NCBI GenBank assembly: GCA_965228475.1
Contig: OZ245817.1
Location: 4,832,001-4,896,000 of the forward strand
Length of the DNA stretch: 64,000 bases
Direction: 5' to 3'
Source: Myxococcota bacterium
Lineage (GTDB): Bacteria > Myxococcota_A > UBA9160 > JAFDDA01
A model generated the notes under the pieces. The model was not told the DNA's origin and did no database searches. It worked only from the letters and a program-made list of their open reading frames with translations. The position numbers and the translations under genes are program-made. Shown here in pieces: positions 10,130 through 18,839 of this stretch (position 1 is the stretch's first letter; each line of letters begins with the position of its first letter).

Positions 10130-10956
10130 GGTGCCGGCTCCGGCGTCGGCACCCGCGCGAAGACGAGCCCCATCTCCCCGAAGTTGAAGTAGAGCCGGAC
10201 GCGCCCGAGCAGGGCCTCGAGCTTCGCGGGAAGCGCGAGCCGCCCGAGCTTGTGGGCGAGGTGGGCCGCGACCATGGCGCCCGAGACGTACTTGCCCGGG
10301 TGGAAGTCCGTCGTCGCCCGGAAGCCGTGGGCCTCGAAGAGCTCCCCGAGTCCGCGGCGCGACCAGTGGAAGGCATGGTCCGGGATCTTGTGGGGCCAGA
10401 GCCGGCCGAGCCAGCGCTCGGAGGCCGAGCCCGCCTCGGGCGCGACGAGCAGCACCCGTGCATCGGGTGCGGAGTTGTCGGCCATCCAGACCAGGAACTC
10501 GGCGGGTTCGGGGAGGTGCTCGAAACTGTCGAGGAAGAGCCAGAGATCGACCGGCCGCGCGAGCCGCTCGGGCCGGTCCGAGAAGGCGTGGACCTCCGTG
10601 ACGCCGAGGGAGCGTGCCCGTTCGAGATTCGCCTCCACGGCCTCGACGCCGCTGGCATGGCCCGCCCGCTTCGCCATCTCGGCGAGGCAGTGCGCGCCCC
10701 CGAAGCCGACCTCGCAGACGTGGGCGTTCCGGACGTCGATCCCGGCGCGCTCGAGCCAGCGGTCGAGGGAGCGGGTCTTCAGGGCGCCGATCTGCGCGTC
10801 GAAGTGGCCGCGGCTCTCGGGGTAGGCCTCGTCGTAGGTGAAGGGCTTGCCGGCGTGGTCGCCGTCGAAGAAGGAGCCGCAGGTCGGGCACCGCATCCGG
10901 TAACCCACGCGCTCGAGGCCGGACCGGCCATGTCCGCAGGGAGGCTCGGGAATCAT
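10126..10956 (-). CDS. Class I SAM-dependent methyltransferase
   Basis: N-terminal CxxC, VCEVGFGG motif I, FEHL, P.H..H. Confidence 0.8.
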   Translation of the reverse strand: MIPEPPCGHGRSGLERVGYRMRCPTCGSFFDGDHAGKPFTYDEAYPESRGHFDAQIGALKTRSLDRWLERAGIDVRNAHVCEVGFGGAHCLAEMAKRAGHASGVEAVEANLERARSLGVTEVHAFSDRPERLARPVDLWLFLDSFEHLPEPAEFLVWMADNSAPDARVLLVAPEAGSASERWLGRLWPHKIPDHAFHWSRRGLGELFEAHGFRATTDFHPGKYVSGAMVAAHLAHKLGRLALPAKLEALLGRVRLYFNFGEMGLVFARVPTPEPAP

Positions 10957-11057
10957 CCGGCGGCTCGGCGCGAAGGCGACATCGCGGCGACTCTACCAAA
11001 CCGACCGCGGCGCCTGCGGCGCTGCCGGTTGCTTGCCGGCGCGGCGAGAAGGCCGGA

Positions 11058-11130
11058 AAGACCCGCGCGCCCGAACGGCGAAGACCCCCGGAACCTGCAT
11101 TCCGGGGGCCTTCTTCTGCCGTCGGGTCTT
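11058..11130 (-). terminator. Stem-loop downstream of amtB-P-II
   Basis: gaagacccccggaa-6-ttccgggggccttc with outer arms aagacccg/cgggtctt; weak U-tract. Confidence 0.55.
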
Positions 11131-11144
11131 GGGTTGTATCGTGC

Positions 11145-11492
<348 letters not shown>

Positions 11493-12893
11493 CTAGCTCT
11501 GCTCACTGGCGAGGGACGCCGTGGCCACGGGAACGGGTTTCGCGGAACCGGTCACCTCGTCGAGGAGGCCGCCGCCGCTGCCGCCGAGCTCGTAGCAGTG
11601 CATGCCGTGCTCGGCGTGGTCGAGGCCTTCGATCTCCTCCTCTTCGCTGACGCGCAGGCCCATCACGGCCTTGATGCCGAGGAAGAGGACCATCGCGCTG
11701 CCGAAGGAGAAGACGCCGTAGCAGACGACGCCGACGAACTGGTACCAGAGCTGGCTGGCACCGGCCATCGCACCGAACATGCCGACGGCGAGCGTTCCCC
11801 AGATGCCGCACACCAGGTGCACGGAGATCGCGCCGACCGGGTCGTCGATCTTGATGCGGTCGAACATCATCACCGAGAACACGACGATCGCGCCGGCGAC
11901 GCCGCCGATGATGATCGACGAGCCCATGGCCATCTGGTCCGCGCCGGCCGTGATGCCGACGAGCCCGGCGAGGATGCCGTTGAGACCCATCGAGAGGTCC
12001 GGCTTGCCGGACACGCCCCAGGAAACGAAGCAGGCGACCAGGCCGCCCGCCGCCGCCGCGAGGCAGGTGGTGACGAGGGTGAGCGAGACGAGCGCCGCGT
12101 CGGCGTTCAGCACCGAGCCGCCGTTGAACCCGAACCAGCCGAGCCACAGCAGGAAGACGCCGATGGTCGCCATCGGCAGGTTGCTGCCGGGGATCGGGTT
12201 GATGCGGCCGCCGACGTACTTACCGAGCCGCGGCCCGAGCACCATCGCGCCCGCCAGCGCGCCCCAGCCGCCCACGGAGTGGACGAGGGTCGAACCCGCG
12301 AAGTCGTAGAAGCCCATCTCGTCGAGGAAGCCCGCGCCCCACTTCCAGGAGCCGGCGATCGGGTAGACGATCGCGACGAACAGGAGCGCGAAGACCATGA
12401 AGCTGCCGAGCTTGATGCGCTCGGCGACCGCGCCCGAGACGATCGTCGCGGCGGTCGCCGCGAACATCGCCTGGAAGAGGAAGTCGGTCCAGTACGTGTA
12501 GTTGCCGTCGGCGTAGGCCGTCGAGACGGCCGCGGCGTCCGCCGCCACACCGAAGCCGGCGAACCCGAGGATGCCGCCGATGAACTGGAAGTCACCGGGG
12601 TACATCAGGTTGAAGCCGACGAAGGCGTAGGTGAGGATGCCCGCGCAGATGATGAAGACGTTCTTGAACAGGATGTTCGTCCCGTTCTTCGCGCGGGTCA
12701 GGCCGGTTTCGAGGCTCGCGAAACCGAGGTGCATGATGAAGACCAGCGCGGCCGCGATCATCATCCAGAGGTTGTTGACGGTGAACATTTCCGAGGACAC
12801 GGCCTCCTCGGCTCGCGCCACGTCCGGCAGCATCGCTGCTCCGGCCAGGGCGAGCGCGGGGACGACGGCCCTCGCGTGAAGCTTCTCGAACAT
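11493..12893 (-). CDS. amtB: Ammonium transporter
   Basis: FQAMFAAT, SGAVAER, DFAGSTLVH, GWFGFNGGS, DDPVGAISVH; signal peptide; GGAG RBS. Confidence 0.96.
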   Translation of the reverse strand: MFEKLHARAVVPALALAGAAMLPDVARAEEAVSSEMFTVNNLWMMIAAALVFIMHLGFASLETGLTRAKNGTNILFKNVFIICAGILTYAFVGFNLMYPGDFQFIGGILGFAGFGVAADAAAVSTAYADGNYTYWTDFLFQAMFAATAATIVSGAVAERIKLGSFMVFALLFVAIVYPIAGSWKWGAGFLDEMGFYDFAGSTLVHSVGGWGALAGAMVLGPRLGKYVGGRINPIPGSNLPMATIGVFLLWLGWFGFNGGSVLNADAALVSLTLVTTCLAAAAGGLVACFVSWGVSGKPDLSMGLNGILAGLVGITAGADQMAMGSSIIIGGVAGAIVVFSVMMFDRIKIDDPVGAISVHLVCGIWGTLAVGMFGAMAGASQLWYQFVGVVCYGVFSFGSAMVLFLGIKAVMGLRVSEEEEIEGLDHAEHGMHCYELGGSGGGLLDEVTGSAKPVPVATASLASEQS

Positions 12894-12932
12894 TCCGGGT
12901 CTCCTTGGGAGTTGAGGTCCGGCCTGCTCTAA

Positions 12933-12948
12933 AGCAACGGGCGTGCCA
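12933..12948 (-). promoter_or_regulatory. Sigma54 -24/-12 promoter of amtB-glnK
   Basis: TGGCAC-GCCCG-TTGCT on minus strand, ~40 nt upstream of ATG. Confidence 0.85.
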
Positions 12949-13018
12949 TCGCGTTCCGACCCCTGCGCGGGCATGCACGGGCCCCCAGGCCCCGAATGGG
13001 CCGATATCGGCACCCTGC

Positions 13019-13058
13019 TGCTCGCCCGCCGGGCACCCGGCTGTCCAAAGGCTGGGCA
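13019..13058. promoter_or_regulatory. Two NtrC-like enhancer palindromes between divergent sigma54 promoters
   Basis: TGCTCG-N5-CGGGCA (13019-13035) and TGTCCA-N5-TGGGCA (13042-13058). Confidence 0.6.
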
Positions 13059-13120
13059 CCGCTGCGGCTCGATCGGGTCGCGCCGGGAACGACCCGGCCG
13101 GAAGAAGCCCGACGGGCCGA

Positions 13121-13136
13121 TGGCATGCGCCTTGCG
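13121..13136 (+). promoter_or_regulatory. Sigma54 -24/-12 promoter of WS/DGAT gene
   Basis: TGGCAT-GCGCC-TTGCG, 36 nt upstream of ATG. Confidence 0.72.
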
Positions 13137-13172
13137 AAAGGTCCCTTGCAAAGCGGCCCAGGAGGACGAGCC

Positions 13173-14579
13173 ATGGCGAGCTTGCGGCGACCTTCCGTAC
13201 GAGTCCGCGCCCCCGAGCAGCGCATGTCCTCGGTGGATGCGGGCTTCCTCTACCTGGAGCGCGGCCACGCGCCGCTCCACATCGGGTGCGTCGCCATGGT
13301 CGACGGACCCGTCGAGCTCGACGCCCTCGCCCGCCGGATCCACGCGCGCATCGACCGCATGCGGCGCTACGCCGAGCGGGCCATCCCCGTCCCCTTCTCG
13401 CTCGGGCACCCGACCTGGGAGCCGGACCCCGACTTCGACCCCCGAAACCATCTCCACCGCTGGTCCGTCCCGGCCCCCGGCGGCGAGCACGAGCTCGGCA
13501 ACCTGCTCGAAGAGCTGCTGCTCCAGCCGCTCTCGCGCGACCGCCCGCTCTGGGACATGCACGTGATCGACGGCGCCGCGGGCACGACGGCGGTCTTCCT
13601 GAAGGTCCACCACTGCATGGTCGACGGCATGGCCGGGGCGCGCCTGCTCGAGGTCCTGCTCGACGAAGCGCCCGATGCCCCGGACCGCTTCCGTCCCACC
13701 GCCGTTCCGGGCCCGCTGCCCGAGGCCGGGGAGCGCATGGTCCGCGCGCTCGGCGACGGGCTGCGCGGACAGCTCTCGAGCCTCGGCCGCTTCGCGAACG
13801 CACTCATGAGCCCGGCGGCGGTGCGCAAGGCGAGCGAGGAACTGCGCCAGGCCGCGTGGTCGGCCCTCCGCCTCGCCGCGCGAGACGTCCCGCAGCTGCC
13901 CTGGAACGAGCGCATCTCCCACCGCCGCCGCCTGCACTTCCTCGAGCTGCCGATGGAGGGCGTGCAGGAGATCCGGCACGGGCTCGGCGGAACCGTGAAC
14001 GACGTCGTGCTCTCGGTGCTGGCCGGCGGACTGCACCGTTACCTGCGCAGTCAGGGCATCGAGACGCGCGGGATCGAGCCGGTGGCGATGGTCCCGGTGA
14101 GCCTCCGCCGGGAGGAGGAGTCGGGCGCGATGGGCAATCGCATCTCCGCGATGCTCGTCCCCCTGGCCGTCGACCCCGAGGGCGAGCGGCCGCGCCTGAA
14201 CGCCACGCGCGGCATCACCGACCGGCTGAAGGCCACCGCGTCCTGGACCGGGATCGACACCCTGCTCCGCGCGCTCGACGGCGTCCCGGCGCCGGTGCTG
14301 GCCCTGGCCGGGACGCGCATGACTCTCTCGGGCGTCGCCAACGTGATCGCGACCAACGTGCCCGGCCCGCGGGAGACCCGCTGGCTGTGCGGTGCACGGG
14401 TGACGGCACTCCGACCGATCGTCCCGATCTGCGACGGCATCGGCCTCGGCCTCGCGGTCTTCTCCTACGACGGTCGCCTGTGCTTCGGGCTCAACGCCGA
14501 CCCCACCTGGCTGCCCGACCTCGACAAGCTCGGCTTCGGCATCCAGGAGAGCTTCGCGGCCCTGCTCGCCTCCGCTTGA
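13173..14579 (+). CDS. Wax ester synthase/diacylglycerol acyltransferase (WS/DGAT)
   Basis: DAGFLYLE..P.HIG, catalytic HHCMVDG, TVNDVVL, TNVPGP; GGAGGA RBS. Confidence 0.92.
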   Translation: MASLRRPSVRVRAPEQRMSSVDAGFLYLERGHAPLHIGCVAMVDGPVELDALARRIHARIDRMRRYAERAIPVPFSLGHPTWEPDPDFDPRNHLHRWSVPAPGGEHELGNLLEELLLQPLSRDRPLWDMHVIDGAAGTTAVFLKVHHCMVDGMAGARLLEVLLDEAPDAPDRFRPTAVPGPLPEAGERMVRALGDGLRGQLSSLGRFANALMSPAAVRKASEELRQAAWSALRLAARDVPQLPWNERISHRRRLHFLELPMEGVQEIRHGLGGTVNDVVLSVLAGGLHRYLRSQGIETRGIEPVAMVPVSLRREEESGAMGNRISAMLVPLAVDPEGERPRLNATRGITDRLKATASWTGIDTLLRALDGVPAPVLALAGTRMTLSGVANVIATNVPGPRETRWLCGARVTALRPIVPICDGIGLGLAVFSYDGRLCFGLNADPTWLPDLDKLGFGIQESFAALLASA

Positions 14580-14586
14580 ACCCGGG

Positions 14587-16080
14587 TCAGGAGCAAAGGT
14601 AGCCGGGAACGTCCCAGCGCTCGACCGGGTCGGTCTCGCTCTCGGGCTCGATCACTTCGAGCCGGATCGTGAGGTCGATGCGCGTGAGCCGCTCCTCCGG
14701 TGGATGGCTCGCGTTCCACTCGCGGCAGAGATGGTCCGAGAGATACCCCCAGAGCATGTGCGGCTGCTTCTGGTCGCGGGATTTGTGCATGAGCCACCAG
14801 AAGTGGATCTTCCACTTGAAGCTCGGGAAGTACGGCGCCACCGATTCCGGCTGATCCTCGAGCACGGGCCCGCCGGTGAAGGGGTCGACGAGGCGCCCGT
14901 CGGCGAGGCGTCCGCGCAGCACGGGCCACGCGTCGAAGGGCGGCGGGTTCGGGCTGAACATCGGCCAGTGCTGCTCGATGCGGAGCGCCTTCGCCGCTGC
15001 GTTCACCGCTTGCGGGAGCGGCGCAGCGCGGCCGCGGGCCCAGCCCACGGTGCTCGCGAGGATGCTCGCCACCATGAAGAGGCACAGCACCGCGGCGGGG
15101 AGTTCGATCCAGCGCGGCGTGGCGAGCCGGGCGCCGCCTTCCGGCCCCTGGGAGCCTCGCCAGCGCGCCACGAAATCCCACACCTGGCTCGACAGGAGCG
15201 GCAGCCACATCACCATCGAGACGGGCGAGAAGAAGCCGACGCTCATCATCACGAGCACGCCGAGGTGGAACCCGTAGAAGCTCGCCATGGCGACGAGCCG
15301 GAAGGCCCAGGTCTGCCACGGGACGAGGAGCAGGAAGGGCCCGAGCAGTTCGAGGTAGCGGCTGAAGTGGCTCAGGAACGTCAGCAGGCCGTCGAACTGA
15401 CGCATCCACACGCCGAAGGGCGCACCGAAGTAGTCGTTGCGCAGGGTGTAGGCGAGCGCCTGGCCGTTCAGCCATTGGTCGCCGGTCTTGGCCATCCCGG
15501 TGATCCAGTAGATCGCGCAGACCTGGAGGACGAAGAGCGCCGTCGCCGGCGTGCAGAGCCAGTCCGCGCCCGCCGGGATGCCGCGGCGTGCGCGGCGCAG
15601 GGCGTCGAGGGAGAAGCGCGCGCCGACCGGCGCCAGCATGCTCCAGAAGAGCAGGATGCGGAGCACCTTGTCCGCGCCCTCCCAGGAGACCAGGGGGTGG
15701 CGCACCTGCAGGCTCACGAGCAGCGCCCAGGAGACGACCGCGGCCACGCGCGAGTGGAAGCCGACGAGCAGCGCGAAGGCCGCGGCGAAGGAGAGCGCGA
15801 GCAGCGCCCACTGGGCCATCGCGCTGTCCGCCAGCCAGACGTGGATCGAGAAGCGCGCGCCGCCGGTCACGAGCGAGAGCGCCGAGGTCGGGAGCGTTCC
15901 CGGGTCGACGTAGTGCGCGCCGACGGACTTGCTGCGGTCGTAGAGGTCCCAGAGCAGGACGGTCGCGAGACCGATCCGGAAGACGGCGAGGGAGCGAAGG
16001 TCGGAGCCGAAGACGGGATCCGCGAGGGACTTCAGGCGCGCGAGGGCGGAGGGGTTCGAGATCTCGCGATCGGAGGGCAA
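14587..16080 (-). CDS. HTTM-domain membrane protein
   Basis: DLRSLAVFRI, FSLD, Y...G..K.G..W..G.A, Q.W.MFSP. Confidence 0.75.
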   Translation of the reverse strand: MPSDREISNPSALARLKSLADPVFGSDLRSLAVFRIGLATVLLWDLYDRSKSVGAHYVDPGTLPTSALSLVTGGARFSIHVWLADSAMAQWALLALSFAAAFALLVGFHSRVAAVVSWALLVSLQVRHPLVSWEGADKVLRILLFWSMLAPVGARFSLDALRRARRGIPAGADWLCTPATALFVLQVCAIYWITGMAKTGDQWLNGQALAYTLRNDYFGAPFGVWMRQFDGLLTFLSHFSRYLELLGPFLLLVPWQTWAFRLVAMASFYGFHLGVLVMMSVGFFSPVSMVMWLPLLSSQVWDFVARWRGSQGPEGGARLATPRWIELPAAVLCLFMVASILASTVGWARGRAAPLPQAVNAAAKALRIEQHWPMFSPNPPPFDAWPVLRGRLADGRLVDPFTGGPVLEDQPESVAPYFPSFKWKIHFWWLMHKSRDQKQPHMLWGYLSDHLCREWNASHPPEERLTRIDLTIRLEVIEPESETDPVERWDVPGYLCS

Positions 16081-16091
16081 CTGCTTCGCCC

Positions 16092-16538
<447 letters not shown>

Positions 16539-16620
16539 TCAAGAGGCGAGCACCCGTGCCGCGATTCCGAGCATCCGGCGCGCCGGCCGGGGCGGAGGGC
16601 GCGCCCGCTCGGCTTCGGCA

Positions 16621-16636
16621 GGGCACGGCCCTTGCA
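16621..16636 (+). promoter_or_regulatory. Sigma54 promoter of Fis-type HTH gene
   Basis: GGGCAC-GGCCC-TTGCA. Confidence 0.65.
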
Positions 16637-16669
16637 GTATCGACCCGCATGGTATCGGCAGCACACGGC

Positions 16670-16939
16670 ATGACTCGGGTCGAGAGAGAGCCGAGTAGCG
16701 CTTCGAGCTCCCTCGACGCGCTCTTGGAAGAAGTCTATCGGGCGGCGCGCACCCAGCGCGCTCAGCCGAACCTTCCGCTGCGCGAATGGCTCGAGATCGC
16801 CGAGGCGTGGCGCATCGTCGTGGCCCTGCGCGAAGCGAAGGGGAACCGGTCCACGGCGGCTCGCACGCTGGGGATCGGGCGGCGGACGCTCTACTCGAAG
16901 ATGAAGAAGTTGGGGATCAACGCGGACTGGTCGCTGTAG
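16670..16939 (+). CDS. Stand-alone Fis-type (HTH_8) DNA-binding protein
   Basis: ALREAKGNRSTAARTLGIGRRTLYSKMKKLGI; alternative ATG at 16649. Confidence 0.75.
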   Translation: MTRVEREPSSASSSLDALLEEVYRAARTQRAQPNLPLREWLEIAEAWRIVVALREAKGNRSTAARTLGIGRRTLYSKMKKLGINADWSL

Positions 16940-16978
16940 GAGGCGGGCCGGGGCTGGGTTGATCTTTGGTTGGTGGGC

Positions 16979-17100
16979 GCGGCTCGGGGCGAGCTGCGTC
17001 TTGGCTCATGGCTCGCCCTGGCGTGCTTCGGTGGACGACTGCCGCTTGGAGAGTGCGGGCTGCGCTTTACTTCGCCAAGACGCAGCTCGCCCCGAGCCGC
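16979..17100. repeat. 122-bp element with perfect 27-bp terminal inverted repeats
   Basis: gcggctcggggcgagctgcgtcttggc (16979-17005) and its exact reverse complement (17074-17100). Confidence 0.9.
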
Positions 17101-17139
17101 TACTCGGCAACGCGTAGCGTCCAGTCCGCGTCGAGGGTT

Positions 17140-17180
17140 TGAAAAGGAAGGGCCCGGCTGCTGGTGCAGCCGGGCCCTTC
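17140..17180 (-). terminator. Rho-independent terminator of porin 1
   Basis: gaagggcccggctg/cagccgggcccttc stem followed by CTTTTC on minus strand. Confidence 0.8.
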
Positions 17181-17202
17181 GGTCGTTGCTGGAGTGGTCT
17201 TA

Positions 17203-18585
17203 CTAGAAGGCGTAGATGGCTTCGACGCCGACGAGGACCTGGTCGTCGCCACGCGTGGCGGCGGATCCGCCGGCGGCGCGGCGGCGGCCGGTGTCGTTGT
17301 CGAAGAACACGTCGTCCGAGTTGTCGTGGATGTCCGAGACGTCGTAGCGGACTTCACCCTTGATGGTGAGCGCTTCGGTCAGCGCGAAGTCCGTCGTGAG
17401 CGTCACGGTGTGGATCTGGCACTCGGTCTCGATCTCGGAGGCCGGCTGGGCCGCCGGGTTCGAGCAGCCGAAAGCACGGCCATCGTCATCCACGAAGTCG
17501 TACCGCAGGGCCGTTCCCAGGCGCTCCGTCCACGCGTAGCGCGAGGCGAGCGAGATGCCCCAGGCGTTCGGGTCGTTGCGGAACGCGTCGTCGTCGCGCA
17601 GCAGCAGGTCCGCGTTCATCAGGAACGCCAGCCGGTCCGTGATGTCCCAGCTCACGACGAGGTCGAGGATCGTCGTGGTCGGCTGGTCGTCGAAGGCCGT
17701 GTCGTTCGCGTGCAAGGCAGCGAACGAAGCGGACCAGCTCTCGGCCGTGTAGCCGAGCTTCCCGATGAAGCCGACGCCGTCCGTGCTCGAGGGCTGCGGC
17801 GTCGCGAAGACGAAGTCGTTGATGACGCCGACCGAGAGGTCGAAGCCGCCGCCGAGATCCGCCGAGGCGAGCACGCCGACGTGGTCGATCGGCTGCAGCA
17901 GGTTGTAGACGTTGCTCCGGGTGATGTTCCAGTTGTAGGGAGCCTGCGCGACCTCCGCGCCGATCAGCGTCCCGAACTTGCCCATCTTGAAGTTGACGTC
18001 GTGGCCGCCGAAGTCCGCGAGGTACTCGACGTACGCGCTGTTCAGGTAGAGGCTGTTGCCGCCGATGTCGACGCCGACACCGCCCGAGCCGTTGCCGCCG
18101 GGCAGGAGCGCGGCCGTCCGGCCGAAGGCGATCTCCGCGAAGAAGCCCGCGCGGTCTTCCACCGTCGCCGGCTTGCCGATCTCGAACCACAGCTGGTCGA
18201 AGGCGAAGTTGTTGTCGTCCGGCTTGAAGGGCACGCAGCAGCCGTTGCCGCTGTTGCCGCCGACGAGATCCCGCGTGTCGAGATCGTTCAGGTTGTGGAA
18301 GTAGCTGACGGAAACCCAGCCGGCCATTTCGAGCTTCTCGAAGAAGCTCGAGATCCCGGACGAGGAATCCCCGAGGCGCACGTCCTCGATCCCGGCCCGG
18401 TCGATCACCGTCCGCTGCTGCTCGATCTCGCTGGACTGGGCCTTCACCGTGTCCTGCAGCTGGAGGATCATGTTCCGCATCTCGTTCATCTCTTGGCGGA
18501 GGGTCTCGTCTTCCGCCAAGGCGACTCCCGGCAGCATGGCGGCGGTCGCCAGTGCCAGAAGCGCGTCGGTCCATCGAATTCGCAT
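17203..18585 (-). CDS. Outer-membrane beta-barrel porin (BBP2/OmpL-like), paralog 1
   Basis: Signal peptide, N-terminal coiled coil, GKFGTLIGAEV..P.N.NITRS, terminal Y-x-F. Confidence 0.8.
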   Translation of the reverse strand: MRIRWTDALLALATAAMLPGVALAEDETLRQEMNEMRNMILQLQDTVKAQSSEIEQQRTVIDRAGIEDVRLGDSSSGISSFFEKLEMAGWVSVSYFHNLNDLDTRDLVGGNSGNGCCVPFKPDDNNFAFDQLWFEIGKPATVEDRAGFFAEIAFGRTAALLPGGNGSGGVGVDIGGNSLYLNSAYVEYLADFGGHDVNFKMGKFGTLIGAEVAQAPYNWNITRSNVYNLLQPIDHVGVLASADLGGGFDLSVGVINDFVFATPQPSSTDGVGFIGKLGYTAESWSASFAALHANDTAFDDQPTTTILDLVVSWDITDRLAFLMNADLLLRDDDAFRNDPNAWGISLASRYAWTERLGTALRYDFVDDDGRAFGCSNPAAQPASEIETECQIHTVTLTTDFALTEALTIKGEVRYDVSDIHDNSDDVFFDNDTGRRRAAGGSAATRGDDQVLVGVEAIYAF

Positions 18586-18635
18586 GTTCGGGGTTCTCCT
18601 CACCCGGTAGGGAATCGTTCCAAGCGCGGGACAAG

Positions 18636-18651
18636 AGCAATGCCCATGCCA
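18636..18651 (-). promoter_or_regulatory. Sigma54 promoter of porin 1
   Basis: TGGCAT-GGGCA-TTGCT on minus strand; shares 13 bp GAACGCGATGGCA with the amtB promoter. Confidence 0.8.
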
Positions 18652-18723
18652 TCGCGTTCTGCGCAATTCGATACCCAACTGTGCGAGAAACCGCCCGAAA
18701 ACCGACCCGGACGGGTCGGCGGC

Positions 18724-18760
18724 TGCCCAACTCGAGGGCATGCTGCCCAAGCCCTGGGCA
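18724..18760. promoter_or_regulatory. Two NtrC-like enhancer palindromes upstream of porin 1
   Basis: TGCCCA-ACTCG-AGGGCA (18724-18740) and perfect TGCCCA-AGCCC-TGGGCA (18744-18760). Confidence 0.7.
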
Positions 18761-18801
18761 AGAAAGAAAGAGGGGCGCGGTGCCGCTGCACCGCGCCCCT
18801 C
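18760..18801 (-). terminator. Rho-independent terminator of porin 2
   Basis: gaggggcgcggtgc/gcaccgcgcccctc stem followed by TTTCTTTCTT on minus strand. Confidence 0.85.
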
Positions 18802-18839
18802 CGGGACCGCTTGGCGCGCCAGGCGCGCCGGCTGGTTCG

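Noticed and set aside
16545..16562. Sigma54 promoter for the second P-II gene
   Set aside because: CGGCAC is present but GG-N10-GC spacing is off by one.
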